From Eledone cirrhosa (lineage: Eukaryota): a stretch of 64,000 nucleotides of DNA. The notes beneath the pieces are model-generated. The model saw only the letters and a list, made by a program, of their open reading frames with translations, made no database searches and was not told where the DNA came from. This document shows, in pieces, positions 43,871 to 57,503 of the stretch (the first letter of the stretch is position 1; the number at the start of each line of letters is the position of its first letter). The DNA lies in assembly GCA_964016885.1 (NCBI GenBank), contig CAXHJY010001137.1, positions 31,344-95,343 on the forward strand. The letters are read 5' to 3'. Made by a program: the position numbers and the translations under genes.

Positions 43871-44481
43871 TATATTGTATATATATTTTTTAAATTACCC
43901 CACAGGAGAACAACACTACCATCTTCCAGGTTCTTTCATTTTGTCACCAGAAAGTTCATTATCAGAAACTTTAACTTGTATATTCACAATAAATCTAGTA
44001 AATCGGACGAGTTGTTTCCATTTTTTAAAACAGATGTTTAAGTTATCTGTTTTGTTAATCAATGTATAATTCAATAATATAAATTTATTTATAATCGCCC
44101 ATTACATTTTTCAGAACCTTCCTTTATAACTGGCGAGAGGGTGTTATTCTCACACTGAAGACCTGGCTTGAATTTTGGACAACAGAGTGGACTGTCACCC
44201 CAAAACAAGATGTGTCCCTTTAATGAACTCTTCATATATCAAATTTCATTCAAAAAGCTTTGCTCAATCAAACTGCCGTGTAGTGTGATCGAACCCGAAT
44301 CCCCGTATTTAAACTTCTTAACCACACATCTACGTCTGCAAAATACACGTGATTTAGATTTATACCATTTTATGTGGTAGACATATGAATATTATTAGCT
44401 GGAAAAATGGAATATTTAATTCCTCCAGTTAGAGAGAAGTATAGAGAATCTCGTGTCTAAAGCTAAGTAATATATGTAAAT

Positions 44482-44678
44482 AAGAGGGAAGTAGACTGAC
44501 AGAATTAGTAGAACGTCGGATAAAAGGCCATTGCAGTATTTGGTCTGGTTATTTAGATTCTAAATTCAAATTTTGCTGGGGTTGATAAAATAAAGTCCTA
44601 GTCAAGTAGTAGGGTTGATTTAATCAACTTTACCCCCCCCCCCTCAAATTTGTTGGCTTTGTGTCTCAGTAAGAAATC
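44482..44678 (+). mobile_element. Degenerate SINE family A
   Basis: TTCTAAATTCAAAT..GGGGTTGATAAAATAAAGT..GGGTTGATTTAATC. Confidence 0.6.
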
Positions 44679-44679
44679 G

Positions 44680-46013
44680 ATGTTGAGTCCATGCTAGATG
44701 ATGAAGAGTGCGGTTTTTGCCTCGGACGCAGCACAGCCGACCAAATATTTACACAACAGCTGGTCTTCGAGAAATCGTGGGAGTATTACCAAGAGGTATA
44801 TTCTTGTTTTGAAGACCATCGGGACCTGCTGTGGAAGGTTCTGCAGGAGTATGGGATCGATGGTCAGCTTCTTGCTGCTCTGATGTCTCTATACGATGCC
44901 CAAGTATTTGTGTTCCGATAAAGGGTGCTAAATCGAAATCATTCAATGTGGGAGTCAGACTCCGACAAGGGTGTGTTCTCTCACCTCTCCTGATCATTAT
45001 TTTCATGTTTAGGGATAGGGCGGTGGATTGGCAGTATCGGTAGAGGGTCGGACGCCATGCTTTGACGCATAGAGTTACGGCCCTTGCCATTCTGAGTTCA
45101 AATCCCGCCGAGGTTAACTTTGCCTTTCATCCTTACGGGTCGATAAAATAAAGTACCAGTAATACACTGAGTAATTGTTGGCCTTGTGCCAAAAGTAGAA
45201 ACAATTATTTTCATGGATAGGATTGACATGCGCAGCCGGGTCGGAAGTGATATCAAGATTGGCAGGTGTAAAATCAGTCGGCTGGAATTTGCAGACGACA
45301 TGGTATTACTTAACTCGACAGAAGGCGATCTCCAACTTGCACTTGATAGGTTTGATGCCGAGTGTTGCATGGCTGGAATGAAAATCAGTGCTGCTAAAAC
45401 TGAGGCCCTCGTTCTCCCAAGGAAGCCTGGGCAGCTCACTCTACCTGTAAATGGAGGTCAACTGAAGCAGGTGGAGAAGCTCAGGTATCTCGGAATTGTG
45501 TTCATGAGTGATGGAAGGTGGGAAGCTGAATTAAATGCAAGAATCGCAGGAGCTGGTGCATTACTGCACCAGCTTCAGCATTCGGTAATCAGAAGAAAAG
45601 CGGTAGGTGTAAAAGCCAAACTCGCTATTTTAATTCGGTAATTGTGCCAACCCTTACATATGGTCATGAATCTTGGGTAATGACCGAAACAATACGATCA
45701 CGAATACAAGCGGCCAAAATGGGGTCCCCTCGAAGGGTCTTTGGAGTAACCTTACTCGATAGAGTGCGTAGCTCGGAGATCAGGGAGTTACTCCAGGTAG
45801 TGCTGCTACTTCTCCAAATTGAGGGATCACAGCTCCTATACAGGAGACCCAGGGGTAGACCCCGAGCAAGATGGTTGGATAACATCCATAAGCTTGTCTG
45901 GTCTCGCTTGGGGATCCAGCCGCATCAATTGGTGACGGTTGCTTCTGACAGGACCTGCTGTAAGGAGTGTTTGAAGACTCTTCCCCCACGACCCACACAG
46001 GAAGAAGAAGAAG
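44680..46013 (+). mobile_element. Degenerate 5'-truncated RTE-clade LINE interrupted by a SINE
   Basis: GFCLGRSTADQIF, RQGCVLSPLL, LEFADDMVLL, LRYLG, TLTYGHESW, RPRGRPRARW spread over several frames; (GAA)n tail. Confidence 0.85.
45018..45203 (+). mobile_element. Young SINE family A copy with 12 bp TSD
   Basis: TSD ATTATTTTCATG at 44996-45007 and 45204-45215. Confidence 0.9.
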
Positions 46014-47424
46014 ATATGTTTGACCTTTTTTATTATTAAAACATTTAATAGACTTACGACCGTTTCACTCGACTAACCAGGGATGGAATAAAGTTCATTC
46101 TTGGAAGAATAGCTCATCAGAATTCAAATAGATCCAAACAATTTACCTTATATGTTTTAATATACCAGTAGGAGAAATCTTCTGACTTCGTAAGTAAAGT
46201 TATAAAAGGATGTGTAATGTCGTCACAAATGACTTTATTATATCGAAATAAACGATGTACAATAACTAAGCAAATTGAAATTCCGGTAGAACAATACTAT
46301 CAATTAAATGAGTAACATAGACATGATGATGAATTCTCCGTTGAGAATTCAGTCATTCGATTAACTGAACGTCGTCTGATTCACGAGTTAATGTGTAAGT
46401 GGTTGAGTATTCCACAGACACGTGTACTCATAACTTAATAACTTAACGTAATTCTCAAAATCAACGTGGTAAAGCAAGATCTTTGAATGACAAGTACAGT
46501 CCATCCGATGGGCTTCCACACAGTTTCCGTCTACCCAATTCCACTCACAAGGCTTGGGTCAGCTTAAAGCTATGGTAAGTGGCAGTTTCCTAAGCTGGAG
46601 TGCAATAGGATCGAAGCCGAGACCTCATTGTTGCAGACCTGTCAACACTCCCCGTCCGACGAGGAGATCTCCCATCAACTTTGGGTGGATGAGAAATGTT
46701 TTCTCTGTGAAAATGGGTATAACTTTCATTATCTAAAATCTTCCCATTTTGCCTCATTTCTCCTCGTTTTCGGGCATTTTTTTTTCATGGTAATCCCCGT
46801 TTGGGTTTTTAGATGTTGACAGTGAACTTCTTAACCACTCGGCCAGGCTGTGTCAAAACAAATATTTACGTTTGATTTGAAAACTCCAGTATTGGTAGCT
46901 GATGAATTGTTAAGACATACACTATCTTCGTGGTAGATTTAAAGCAGTGATTCCTAGAGTGGGAGTTATTGCCACTTTAAGGACATTGGGAGACTCAAGA
47001 GAGGCACACGAAGGCAGTAGGGGGGGGGGGGGGGGTTATAGCTTCAGTTTATTCTGTGTGGGCATACTTTCGCATAAATCTTTAAAATTAGGTGTCCAAT
47101 GCAGGGCTTCCAAGAGAAATTTTGCAAGGCGGTACAAGACCCCTTTAGGACCCGAACCAGGCAAAAGTTTTCTCAAAATGGATGTTGTATGGTTGCTGTG
47201 GGGCCTTCTTAGCTCTTGGGCCCCATAACAACGTACCGGCTGGAGCCCTCCTCTCATAGGCCCTGATCCAGTGTCCCTCACTCCTGTCCCTGACGACAGG
47301 CTCGGTAGTAAGGGAAGAAAGGGGCAAAAATACAAATTAGTACTTCGTTTTTGTATTTGTTTTGCAAGATTCTTGATGTGAAATCATGTGTTGAAACAGA
47401 TACTGATATATTTTGAAGAGGGTT

Positions 47425-47738
47425 TATGCTACCAATAAAAACACATGCTCCAGTTGAGTTTCACTTCAGTTTATCATTAATTGAGTAACTAATCCATTCA
47501 TTGGTTAGTTTAGTAAACGGGTGGTTGTTTAATTGTTAATTGTCAAAATTCTTTTGTCACACATCCTGTGACCTTTTCAATGCGTACTCCATTTTATCTT
47601 TTTAAGGTGTGTATGTGGTACACCACAACAATTAAAGAACCACGGGTTTGCTAAACTAACTAATGAATGGATTAGTTACTCAACTAACAATAAACTGAAG
47701 TGAATTCAAGTAGTGCGTATGTTTTTGTTGGCAGTATT
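47425..47738. repeat. Long imperfect inverted repeat (MITE-like or fold-back)
   Basis: TTCACTTCAGTTTAT..TTGAGTAACTAATCCATTCATT.GTTAGTTTAG pairs with CTAAACTAAC.AATGAATGGATTAGTTACTCAA..ATAAACTGAAGTGAA. Confidence 0.8.
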
Positions 47739-48965
47739 ACTCCACCTACTAAATGTAACAATACACATTAGTAGTTTCTCGTAAAACTATCGTTTTTAGT
47801 TATACAATAAATACTTAAATAAAATATAACAAAATTTAAATTTAATTTCCAATGTATAATTTTTTTTTTTGGGGGGGGGGGTTAAGTTTATAGTGGGATG
47901 GATGGGTGTCGATGAAATTATTCTCTAAAAGGGGGTAGTAGTCGTGAAAAAGTTTTGGAAACTATAATATAGAGCAATAGAAAACTATAACGATGCCAGT
48001 CTCCGTTATGTCTGTTTGTTATGTCATATAATGATATGGCAGGAAGTACTGGTGATAAGATAAACCATCTCCATCATTAAGCGTAACTTTTGTCTACAAA
48101 TATCTGAAGTAATATATTTCTATACACACCCTGATTGTATCAATGATGCTTTCAATAGATTTTTCGGCTGTTAGTATAGCTACACCTCTTTTATTTACAA
48201 CTGAGCTAGAGGAGGAAAGACAGCACCTATTATCTTTTGCTGTGGCCCTCATGACTGGAAAGGAACAACTTATCTTTACATCCTAAGCCTGTCTCGAATG
48301 CAACAGGCTAAAGGCTTCCAAGGGCCATGTGCGAATGTTAAGCCAGGTGACGGAATACGTTTACCAGGAAAGAAAATGTACCTCCATTTGATGAGCTTTA
48401 GCACATATTCTATCTAAACAAATTCTTTTACAAAGTTTGAGTCGACCCGAGATTATCGTAGAAAATACTTGTTCAAGGTACAGAGCAAGAGAACCGAACT
48501 CGGAACCATGTGATGGTAAAGTGAACTTCTTAACCACACAACCTTGCCTACGTCTATCTCATTTGTTAGTGATTCTTTCATTCCATCACACATCCTAAAT
48601 TAGGAGTCGCACACACGCGACCCGCAAGCTACTTTTCTGCCCACGACAGAACAATTTTCATCACTAATATTTTCCTAAAACTTGGAAATTTGCCTCTCGC
48701 CTCCTCCATTCTCGTACAGCAGCATTAATCTTGACGCGCTAATCTAATGCAAACAATCAATTTTAAGATCAGCCAGGGTCTGGCCATGTTTCTCCCCAGG
48801 GAAGGGTAAAATGTACTTTAATATTTCAGTTGCTTTCACTTCAAGAGCAAAAACTGAAAAGTAGAAATGTGTATCAAATTTTATATACATTTAAAAAACA
48901 CCGTTAGTAAAATGTACATTGTCTTGCTTTAAAGACCTATTGCGGTGGAGAGGTAACTGAGCATA

Positions 48966-49240
48966 GGCGTAACTCGGAAGAATAGTGCCTATGGCAAGCA
49001 GTGAAGTTGCACTCCTGCCCAGCACTCTATTTTTAACTATGGATCTAATAATTCATATAAATAGTTTAGTGATCCAACCACCATAGTGCTTCTCACCCAC
49101 GATAATCAGAGACAGATCATACATCTCACTCTCCGACGATAGCTTATCTAACTCAAATAGAAAGTGCTCCTAGTTCAAGTGGCGCCCCGCTTCAAGTATC
49201 GCCCATGGCACGAGCCATGCTTGCCATACCCTAGTTACGT
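48966..49240. mobile_element. MITE-like element
   Basis: Imperfect termini GGCGTAACT / AGTTACGTC; homologous to 25380-25640. Confidence 0.6.
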
Positions 49241-49744
49241 CTCTGTAACTGAGATTATAGATAACCAACTCACACAAACTTTTGTTGAAGATATCTGCTA
49301 TTTCTTTAAATATAAAACGTTTTTGTTTTTCCCGTTTTCCATAGTACAATTTACCCATGAAATACAATAAAATTGGGGGTAGGCGGAATTTATCAAAAGT
49401 TAAAACGGAAAAGAGAATTTACCAAAAGTAAAAACGGAATTAAGGAAAATTTGAAACAGAAAATTTGTCCTCCTACATTTTGTACCAATTCACATATTCC
49501 ACTTACTATCATATGTGTATTCATTTTCATGAAAAAAAAAAAAAAAAATAGCAGCCTATCAGTTGTATTGCAGATTAACATTATAACTGGTGGAAATCAC
49601 GCCACCCTCATCTCACTTTTAGCCCGCTGTGCCTACCCCCTGGGGGTAATGGTCCTTTTGTGTCCTTGAATTTGAGACTCCTGTCATAAATGATGGGATT
49701 GAAGCGAAGGTCACTCCAAACGGAGTAAGTTACTGAAATGTCGT

Positions 49745-50336
49745 AACTTATTGGTGAATTACATTTTTCAGACATTTAAGATATTTGTGAAGAGGTGGAT
49801 CGTTGACAACGAAGTTGTTCTCACCGTCAGCGACATGAAGTGATGCACAGGAGAGTGCTTGGCTGTTTCAGTGCTTCAGCCTCTCTATCACCCGCAGGAA
49901 TGCCATGATTGTTTTGGTTTACCTCAAATTTTTTTAGAGGGAAACACCAACACTTTCTATTCTAATGTGTAATTGAGGCCAGAGTCAACGACTCTTTTGT
50001 TCTATCCCATAGCCTGGATGCTGCGGTAAAAGTGAGAGTCACTGCATTTGTCGCCGAACGGAATAAAATTCTAAAATACCAGGAATTATCGGTAAACTAT
50101 TTTTCATAGCCCGTGGCATTAAAGACGTCAGAGGGAGCTGGGCCGCTGACAACGAGGGTCTTGTCATTGTTGGCGGCTCGCCTTACCGAGGTATCAGGTG
50201 AGGCTTCTGGCCAAGGTGCTTAGTTATTCTAGTGTTTTAGCCACGTTATCACCCGCAGCAAGGCTGCGTTTGTGTTGGCTTACCTAAAAAATTATTAGAG
50301 GGGAAACTCCAGCGACCCTTGTGCTGGTGTGTGATT
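49745..50336. repeat. Diverged two-copy duplication, ~345 bp spacing
   Basis: TGACAACGA..TATCACCCGCAG..TTACCT.AAA..TTAGAGGG.AAAC.CCA appears at ~49800-49975 and ~50145-50336. Confidence 0.65.
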
Positions 50337-52134
50337 TAATATTTATATCGCCTGTCAACCCCCCCCTTTCTCTTCCTTATTACCCCACCCCTTTCTTTTA
50401 GTTTATTAGTATTATATATACCCATAATCTTTACTAGTGTATGTATATATATATACATACATAGTATTTAGGACCGTCTAAGTACTATCTACATAGTCTA
50501 AAGTACTGTATATACATCTAACAATCTACTGTACTATATGTCTACAGACTATTGTACTGTATATATAAATCTACATAGTATTTAGTACTATATATAAATC
50601 TACATAGTATATAATACTATATATATCTAAATAATATATTTTACTATATATATATTCACATACTATTGCTCATTATATAAATTCTATAGGCAATATGATG
50701 TTAATGAAACAAATTGAGGGAGTGTGCATATATTGTTTTTTGTTTAGTGTTGTTGGCTTTAAGTGTATAAATATATCTTGTTTACATCTGTAATTTGTTG
50801 AAAAAGTGAGGCGCATATACAGTTAGGGTTTTCACCTTCACTTTTTTAATGTTTTGAAAAATATATAAGAAATATTATACAATTATTTACATATACCCCT
50901 CCCCCTCAAATAACATTTTGTGAATTTAATAAGAGGTACTTTACAGGATTCTGTGGGTAACGAAGAGTGGTTTTAGTAGGCCTTTTCTTGAACTGGGACT
51001 GGGTTAATCATACTTAACGAGGAATATTTCTTCACTAGAGCTCAGTTCCAATGCCGTCACTTTCCTTCTAGTAATTGGTTTCTTCTCAATAATATACGAA
51101 AGATTAGATCGACTCAAAGAATTTTAAAGGCTGAAGACAGTTTAATTTTTATTTATTTAAATATACATATATGGGTATATTTAGCGAAAGATATAAATTG
51201 TTGAAAACTGTGTGGTCTTGTTCAATATTTGGAGACAATAATTAGCAATTCAAAGTCAATATATGCAATACTTAATGATTGTGATATTTTCGTTTTATAG
51301 AATAGCGCAGCTGTCTATTAACTTCTCCTATGGTTTAAATATATCAATTCAGCAAATAGTACAATATAACCAGTGTGTTAAGTCCAATGCGTCAATAGTA
51401 GATCTCACGTAGTTAAGAAGAACGTATTTTTGAAGAAAGCGAACAGTATGTATGGTTTCATACGTAAAAGGATAATTTCATTATAGAAAGAGAACACCGC
51501 AACTGGCAGACTTGTAATAAATATTGAAGAGAAATAGAGAGTGATTCCAAGAATGTGCTTAACTACGAGCATTCTAACCGAAACCTTCAATGAACTAATT
51601 AGTTACTTTTCTCCCCCACTTGATTCGTACTTAAATGGTTTCCAGCGAACAACCACTAATGTAAATACCAATCTTGTTTAAATTTCGCCGATCTGACAGA
51701 ACCCGGTGTTTTCAGTGTTAATGGTTCTTCAACTACAACACACAACATAATTATATACGGATACACATAAATCTACATAAATTCATGAGAATACTACAAT
51801 AAACCATGGAAAGGCTCGGAATATTTCCATTTACTAAAAATTATTTTTAGCTTGTATTAACGAAAACGATAGCTTTGACATATTTTAACAGCATGTTTTT
51901 TTAAAATAAATGCACAAAGCTACATTTGAATAATATATTGTTATACATATAATATTATATTATATTCAATAAATGCTGTGCCATTCTTTGGGTTAGTTAT
52001 ATTTAGAAATGTTTTAATATAACGAGAAAAACCTTTTGAATATGCCATAACGGCACATGGCATATATAAACACAGCAAGTGATGACATCATTAGTTTATG
52101 TCTAGTTTAGTTCAGTCCCAGTTAAGAGGAGATT

Positions 52135-52362
52135 CTGTTGGTATCTTAACGTGGAGTGAGAGGGTATCACTGCTTTCACATGAACAGGAAAATAACGGTG
52201 AATTATAGCTAAAGCAGAGGTCTGTTTGGTGTCGAAAGTGGAGTGAGAGGGTATTACTGCTTTCAGATGAACAGTGAAATAATAGTATATAACTAGAGGA
52301 CTGTTGGTGTCGAACGTCGAGTGAGGGGGTATCACTACTTTCATATGAACAGGAAAATAACT
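52135..52362. repeat. Three-copy tandem repeat, ~80-90 bp unit
   Basis: CTGTTGGT..GAGTGAG.GGGTAT.ACT.CTTTCA.ATGAACAG occurs three times. Confidence 0.85.
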
Positions 52363-52543
52363 ATATAACTAAATACATTAGTATCTAGCAACTACAATAC
52401 ATAACTATCTATCATTTTGCGAATGAGGATCTATTTAACTGGAAAACATCTCACGGATTCTCTGATGACCATCCACCTCGGTAAGTAAAATAATAAAAGG
52501 CTGTTTTCATTAATCATTCCTAGACTATTATTATAACTTGGTC

Positions 52544-52586
52544 GTATTTATTTTACTGTCCTCTGAGGAGACAGTAAAATAAATAC
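52544..52586. repeat. 17-bp perfect inverted repeat
   Basis: GTATTTATTTTACTGTC-loop-GACAGTAAAATAAATAC. Confidence 0.8.
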
Positions 52587-52907
52587 CAGTAATAACCTAG
52601 AATTTCTGTCGACATTCATTCCTCTATGGAATTTATCTGATGTATGTCAAAAAAATGACCAAAATTATGCAATATATTTACGGAAAACTTGACATTAAAC
52701 TCCTTGCAATTTATTTTTAAGTATGTTTTTTATATATGTTTTTTTTTTGGTAGTAGAAGAAAATCGTGTAAAGTGTTTTATTCCTCAATATAAAAGCAAT
52801 TGTCGAAATATATTTTTAAAGTTATCCCTAATCACATTGCGTGTAATAAATAGGCTTGCCTTTAACGGGTGTTTCAACTGTAGTTGGACTGATTTAGCTG
52901 GAAGAAA

Positions 52908-52956
<49 letters not shown>

Positions 52957-53070
52957 CAAGTTCTACATTTGATAGATATACACATTCAACGAGTTCGAGA
53001 CGTGTTAAAGTTGGCACTAATCTACTTACTAAATCATGTTTGTGTGTGTATACACACACTAAGATGTATG

Positions 53071-53120
<50 letters not shown>

Positions 53121-53298
53121 CATACATTAGGAGAGTATTTTGTCTTGTCATACATATTAAGATATAAGAATTGGTTCTATATATTTATTTAGTTTTCTAT
53201 TTATTATTATTTCGGAAGCAAAAAATACCAGCAACATAGTCTGCAACTGTACAGTCAAAATTGAGATTCTTTGTGTGTGTGTGTGTGTGTGTGTGTGA

Positions 53299-53335
<37 letters not shown>

Positions 53336-53510
53336 CATACAAACCCTACGTTTAGGCTGCTTAACTGGAAGGTTTACATGTATTAAATATCTACACTGTA
53401 CTTTTCTTTAAAGAACTGAGTGTTTAGTTGAATAATAGTCTCACTCATTTTTAATTAGCAGCATCTTATATATATATCTAACAGTCTGTATTCTCTTTCG
53501 TAATTCTTTC

Positions 53511-53552
<42 letters not shown>

Positions 53553-53628
53553 CGAAGGAAATGAGGTAAGGAACCAGATGGACCATAACGCACCAAAGTA
53601 CTCAATACTTATGGTAGTAGAGTGGGTA

Positions 53629-53739
53629 ATAGGAACGAGTAGGACCCCGACGGCTGAGCTCAAGCCGTTTCGACGGCTAATTCTGGACTGAATTAGCCGT
53701 CGAAACGGCTTGAGCTCAGCCGTCGGGGTCCTACTCGTT

Positions 53740-53744
<5 letters not shown>
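53629..53744. repeat. Perfect ~55 bp-arm palindrome containing a hammerhead 3' half
   Basis: ATAGGAACGAGT...GGCTAATTC-TGGACT-GAATTAGCC...ACTCGTTCCTAT; each strand reads GAAAC-GGC-TTGAGCTCA-GCC-GTC. Confidence 0.9.
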
Positions 53745-53783
<39 letters not shown>

Positions 53784-53858
53784 GTGTGTGTGTGTTTTGG
53801 ACTTAATATTTTGTCAGATGTAACCATACTTCCTCAAACCTCGCATGTTTTATATATT

Positions 53859-53902
<44 letters not shown>

Positions 53903-54597
53903 CACATACACACCTTCTGTTTCTGATTGTGATGGCGTACAGAATCTCAACGAAATTCACTAAATTTTTCCCACCCCGCCAAAAAGGTACCCCTTCTCTT
54001 TAAAGAAAAAAAAAAAAAACGACAACAATAACAAAAGAACTAAAAACAAACATTTCCCTAGAATCACATAAATTATGTTTACGGACATTAATAAGTAAGT
54101 GTTGTATATTGATAATAGAAATAGTTGATGTGGGTTGTGTGTGTATATGTGTGCGTGTATTTTTTTTTTAGTAAGACGAACGTGTGGAGGGAAATATATA
54201 GCTTCTTGTTTTAACAACTCTAGGGAAATATACGTTGTATCATTCTCCCCTTCTACTATTTTCTAAAATTCCTATTTTGAATATTTTTTCCACTAACAAA
54301 CGAAATGGAAAATTTACGAAACAAAAATAGTAGCTGTTAGATTATGCGTTCAATCGACTTTCCCGAAATAGCAGCCAAATTTCTTTCACATCAACCCTAT
54401 GTTTTCTTTTTTTTTTCTTTTTAAGAAGGAAACATTAAAATATGTAGTCTTGCATATTCCTAAAAAGACTGGATTGTCACAGCTGGACTGCTTTTGATTA
54501 TATAGATCTGCTTGATCAAGTCTGACCTGGGGTTAAATAACATCAACCTTTATTTACATATATTTGATCATGTGAGTGTATTATTATTATTAACTCT

Positions 54598-54725
54598 GTC
54601 GAGGTCAACTTTGCCATTCATCCTTCCGGGGTTGATAAAATAAAGTATCAGTAACGCACTGTGGTGGATTTAATTGACTTTCCTCTTCCCATTAAATTGC
54701 TGGCCTTGTACTAATGTTAGAAATA
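54598..54725 (+). mobile_element. 5'-truncated SINE family A
   Basis: GAGGTCAACTTTGCCATTCATCCTTCCGGGGTTGATAAAATAAAGT..AATTGCTGGCCTTGT. Confidence 0.75.
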
Positions 54726-56885
54726 ATAATTATGTTAAACATTACGCCCAAAGCCAACGTGACCACTCGACCTACTAGAAACATCAGAAAAGTATCACTG
54801 AAATAAAACCATAGTTTATTTTATAGGGTACTCTGCCTGAAAAAAATGTGAATTGGCATGGCAAGAAAGCTTTTGATTGTAGAGCCACTCAATTATAACT
54901 GTATAGCTGTCCAATTATAGCTGTATAGCTGCCAAATTATGGCTGTCCTGGGGCTAAACATCACATTACGCTCAGAGGCGGCATAAATACACACTTTTTT
55001 GTCACATATTTTACAACAAAGATACCGGTTGGCTGGGTTTACCAACCGAGATTTTTGCATGTATTATATTTTGACTATATTTTTAATAAAAAGCACTGCC
55101 TATGATTTTCAAACAATTTTGGAAAGAAAGAATATGGATGAATTCAATAATATCATTAATTTTCTCATTATTTATCTGGTGTTTGGAACATAACCTAACA
55201 AAGGTTATTAAATAAAATTGCGAAAGGTTTTTAGGGGCAGTTTGGTATCAAAAACATTTTAAATATACATTTCTCTCTTACAATACGTTATTACACACTC
55301 TACATTACGCATACAGCATTGCACATTACATTACATTACACACGCTACATTACCCACACATATACACACGCACTACATCAATAATATATCAAGGTAGACT
55401 TAGGAAATAGTCAGGTCAAATCAAAATAAGATGGATGAACATCACATGTTTTGACTTATGTTATTATTGTATTACAGGCTGGTCAAACCCATGCCTATAT
55501 ATAGAGGAACGAGATGTATAACATCTGATTATTTATATGTATATATATATATATATGTGCGTATGCATGTAAACACGTGTGTGTTCTACATAATGTGTAT
55601 TATACATTATATTCATAAAGTGTATTCTTGTTCAGCCCTAGGTTGACTCTGTTCAAAAGACCTTCCATTTGTGACCACCCTGCCATTTTTTCAAACATAG
55701 TGTATCCCGAACATTATCTAATACTTGCTTTCCCTTTTTAAAATGATGTGATTTGAGGTAGATTTGGCTGTTATTTCTAGCAATAGAACGTATACTTAAA
55801 TGCTCATTCGTTGACTCTTGCGATATACATGTTTGTAGACCTATGATAAAAGGCGTTCCAGCTGTGACCATCAATTAGCTTAGTATATGAGGACTACATT
55901 GTCTGTGTTCCTTCTATTTCTATCATGTCATTAAAAAAATAACGCCCCCTCCTTACATTCAAATCACTACTCGGTTCTTAAGAGTTCCTTATTTTTTTAA
56001 GGACTTCAATATTATGTATGGAGTCCTTTTGTGAGGAAGAATCTTTGAGAGATAAGGAAAACTAGATCTGTGCATATACGGCATATGTATGTTAGATATA
56101 TACACTATGTATTTACATACGGGATACATATAACGTGTATATATTATATTTGTTTGTTGTTGTTGATTAGCTCCAGATTAGCACTGATCAAAGACGGTAA
56201 GATGTGATTTAAATAAGACTTGGCTGCTACCATCAGCTCAAACTACCATGTGCAAGCTACCCTGCTACAGTTATATGTAAATATGTTTTTATTATACACA
56301 TGTGTATAAATGTATGTATATATGGATATTGAATAAATACATGATGTATGTCTGTATACATTAAGATCTTGTTTTATTGTGTATTATACATGCGTAATCC
56401 AAACGTGTATGTATATATCTGTCAGATAAAGCGACCAACCTGAAACTTCGAAGTCACTGATCCTTCTCTATAATAAAATAAATTTCTCCTCTACCCACCA
56501 GTGTTGCGTGTCCATTCAGTTAATGTTTTAAATACTACGGTATTTCAAACACGCATGTTTGTATATATATTCATTCGTTTGAATTTGCAAACACGAGGAA
56601 AAAGAAGAGAATTATGTATATTATTTACGTTATATTACTGAAATGAGCCGCTGTTTCTCCTCTGAGTTTCGTGATTACTTGCTGATCGCGGAACACTTGG
56701 TAATCTCAGTGATATAATTATATATATATATATATAGTAATAATAATAAATTTGAAGACTAAAATCCAAAGAGGGCTCGATAAGGATACATATATATCAA
56801 ATATATATATATATATATATATATGTAAATATGTTTTGAAACAGTGAGCAGGTTTGAAATTAGAAAATAGAATAGCTTTCACCGT

Positions 56886-57091
56886 AATTTTTGACTAAAG
56901 AAATTTTAGTCTGATAATGGGGTTTAGAACCCTCAGATAAATGGAAAAAAGATGAGTATTGACGTACATGGGAGTCGAACCCACATCTTTGGATGGGTTC
57001 GACTCCCATGTACGTCAATACTCATCTTTTTCCATTTATCTGAGGGTTCTAAACCCCATTATCAGACTAAAATTTCTTTAGTCAAAAAATT
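56886..57091. repeat. Near-perfect ~98 bp-arm palindrome with a tRNA T-loop-like centre
   Basis: Arms differ only by homopolymer length; centre GGGAGTCGAACCCA-CATCTTTGGA-TGGGTTCGACTCCC. Confidence 0.9.
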
Positions 57092-57102
57092 CGATAAAAA
57101 GC

Positions 57103-57174
<72 letters not shown>

Positions 57175-57453
57175 TATATGTATCTTCGTTGACTGGTGGT
57201 CGAGTTTCGCCGAACCTATGGCTATTTCAACCAGATGGGATGGAATAACCGTTGCTTTCGACTAAAATCCAGTACCAGTAATCCAAGAAACACGCGCACA
57301 CACACACCCGTATGTGGTTGACGGCTAAGAGAGAAGGGTACTCAATACCGAAGTAGAGTTTTAATAATTATTAAGGCTATCATCAAATCCTGTGATAAAC
57401 AGGCGAAACTCCAGAGTAACAAGACTCACTATTTAGCCTTAATAAAATGTGTG

Positions 57454-57503
<50 letters not shown>

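Noticed and set aside
46051-46125. Minus-strand CTGATGA...GAAACGGTCGTA hammerhead-like motif
   Set aside because: Core is present but stems I and II pair poorly; at best a decayed copy
52135-52362. Repeat-spacer-like array (CRISPR-like)
   Set aside because: Eukaryotic context, degenerate long units, related spacers and no cas genes; an ordinary minisatellite
52455-52500. CTGATGA followed by a short hairpin
   Set aside because: No properly placed GAAA, stem III or stem I partner
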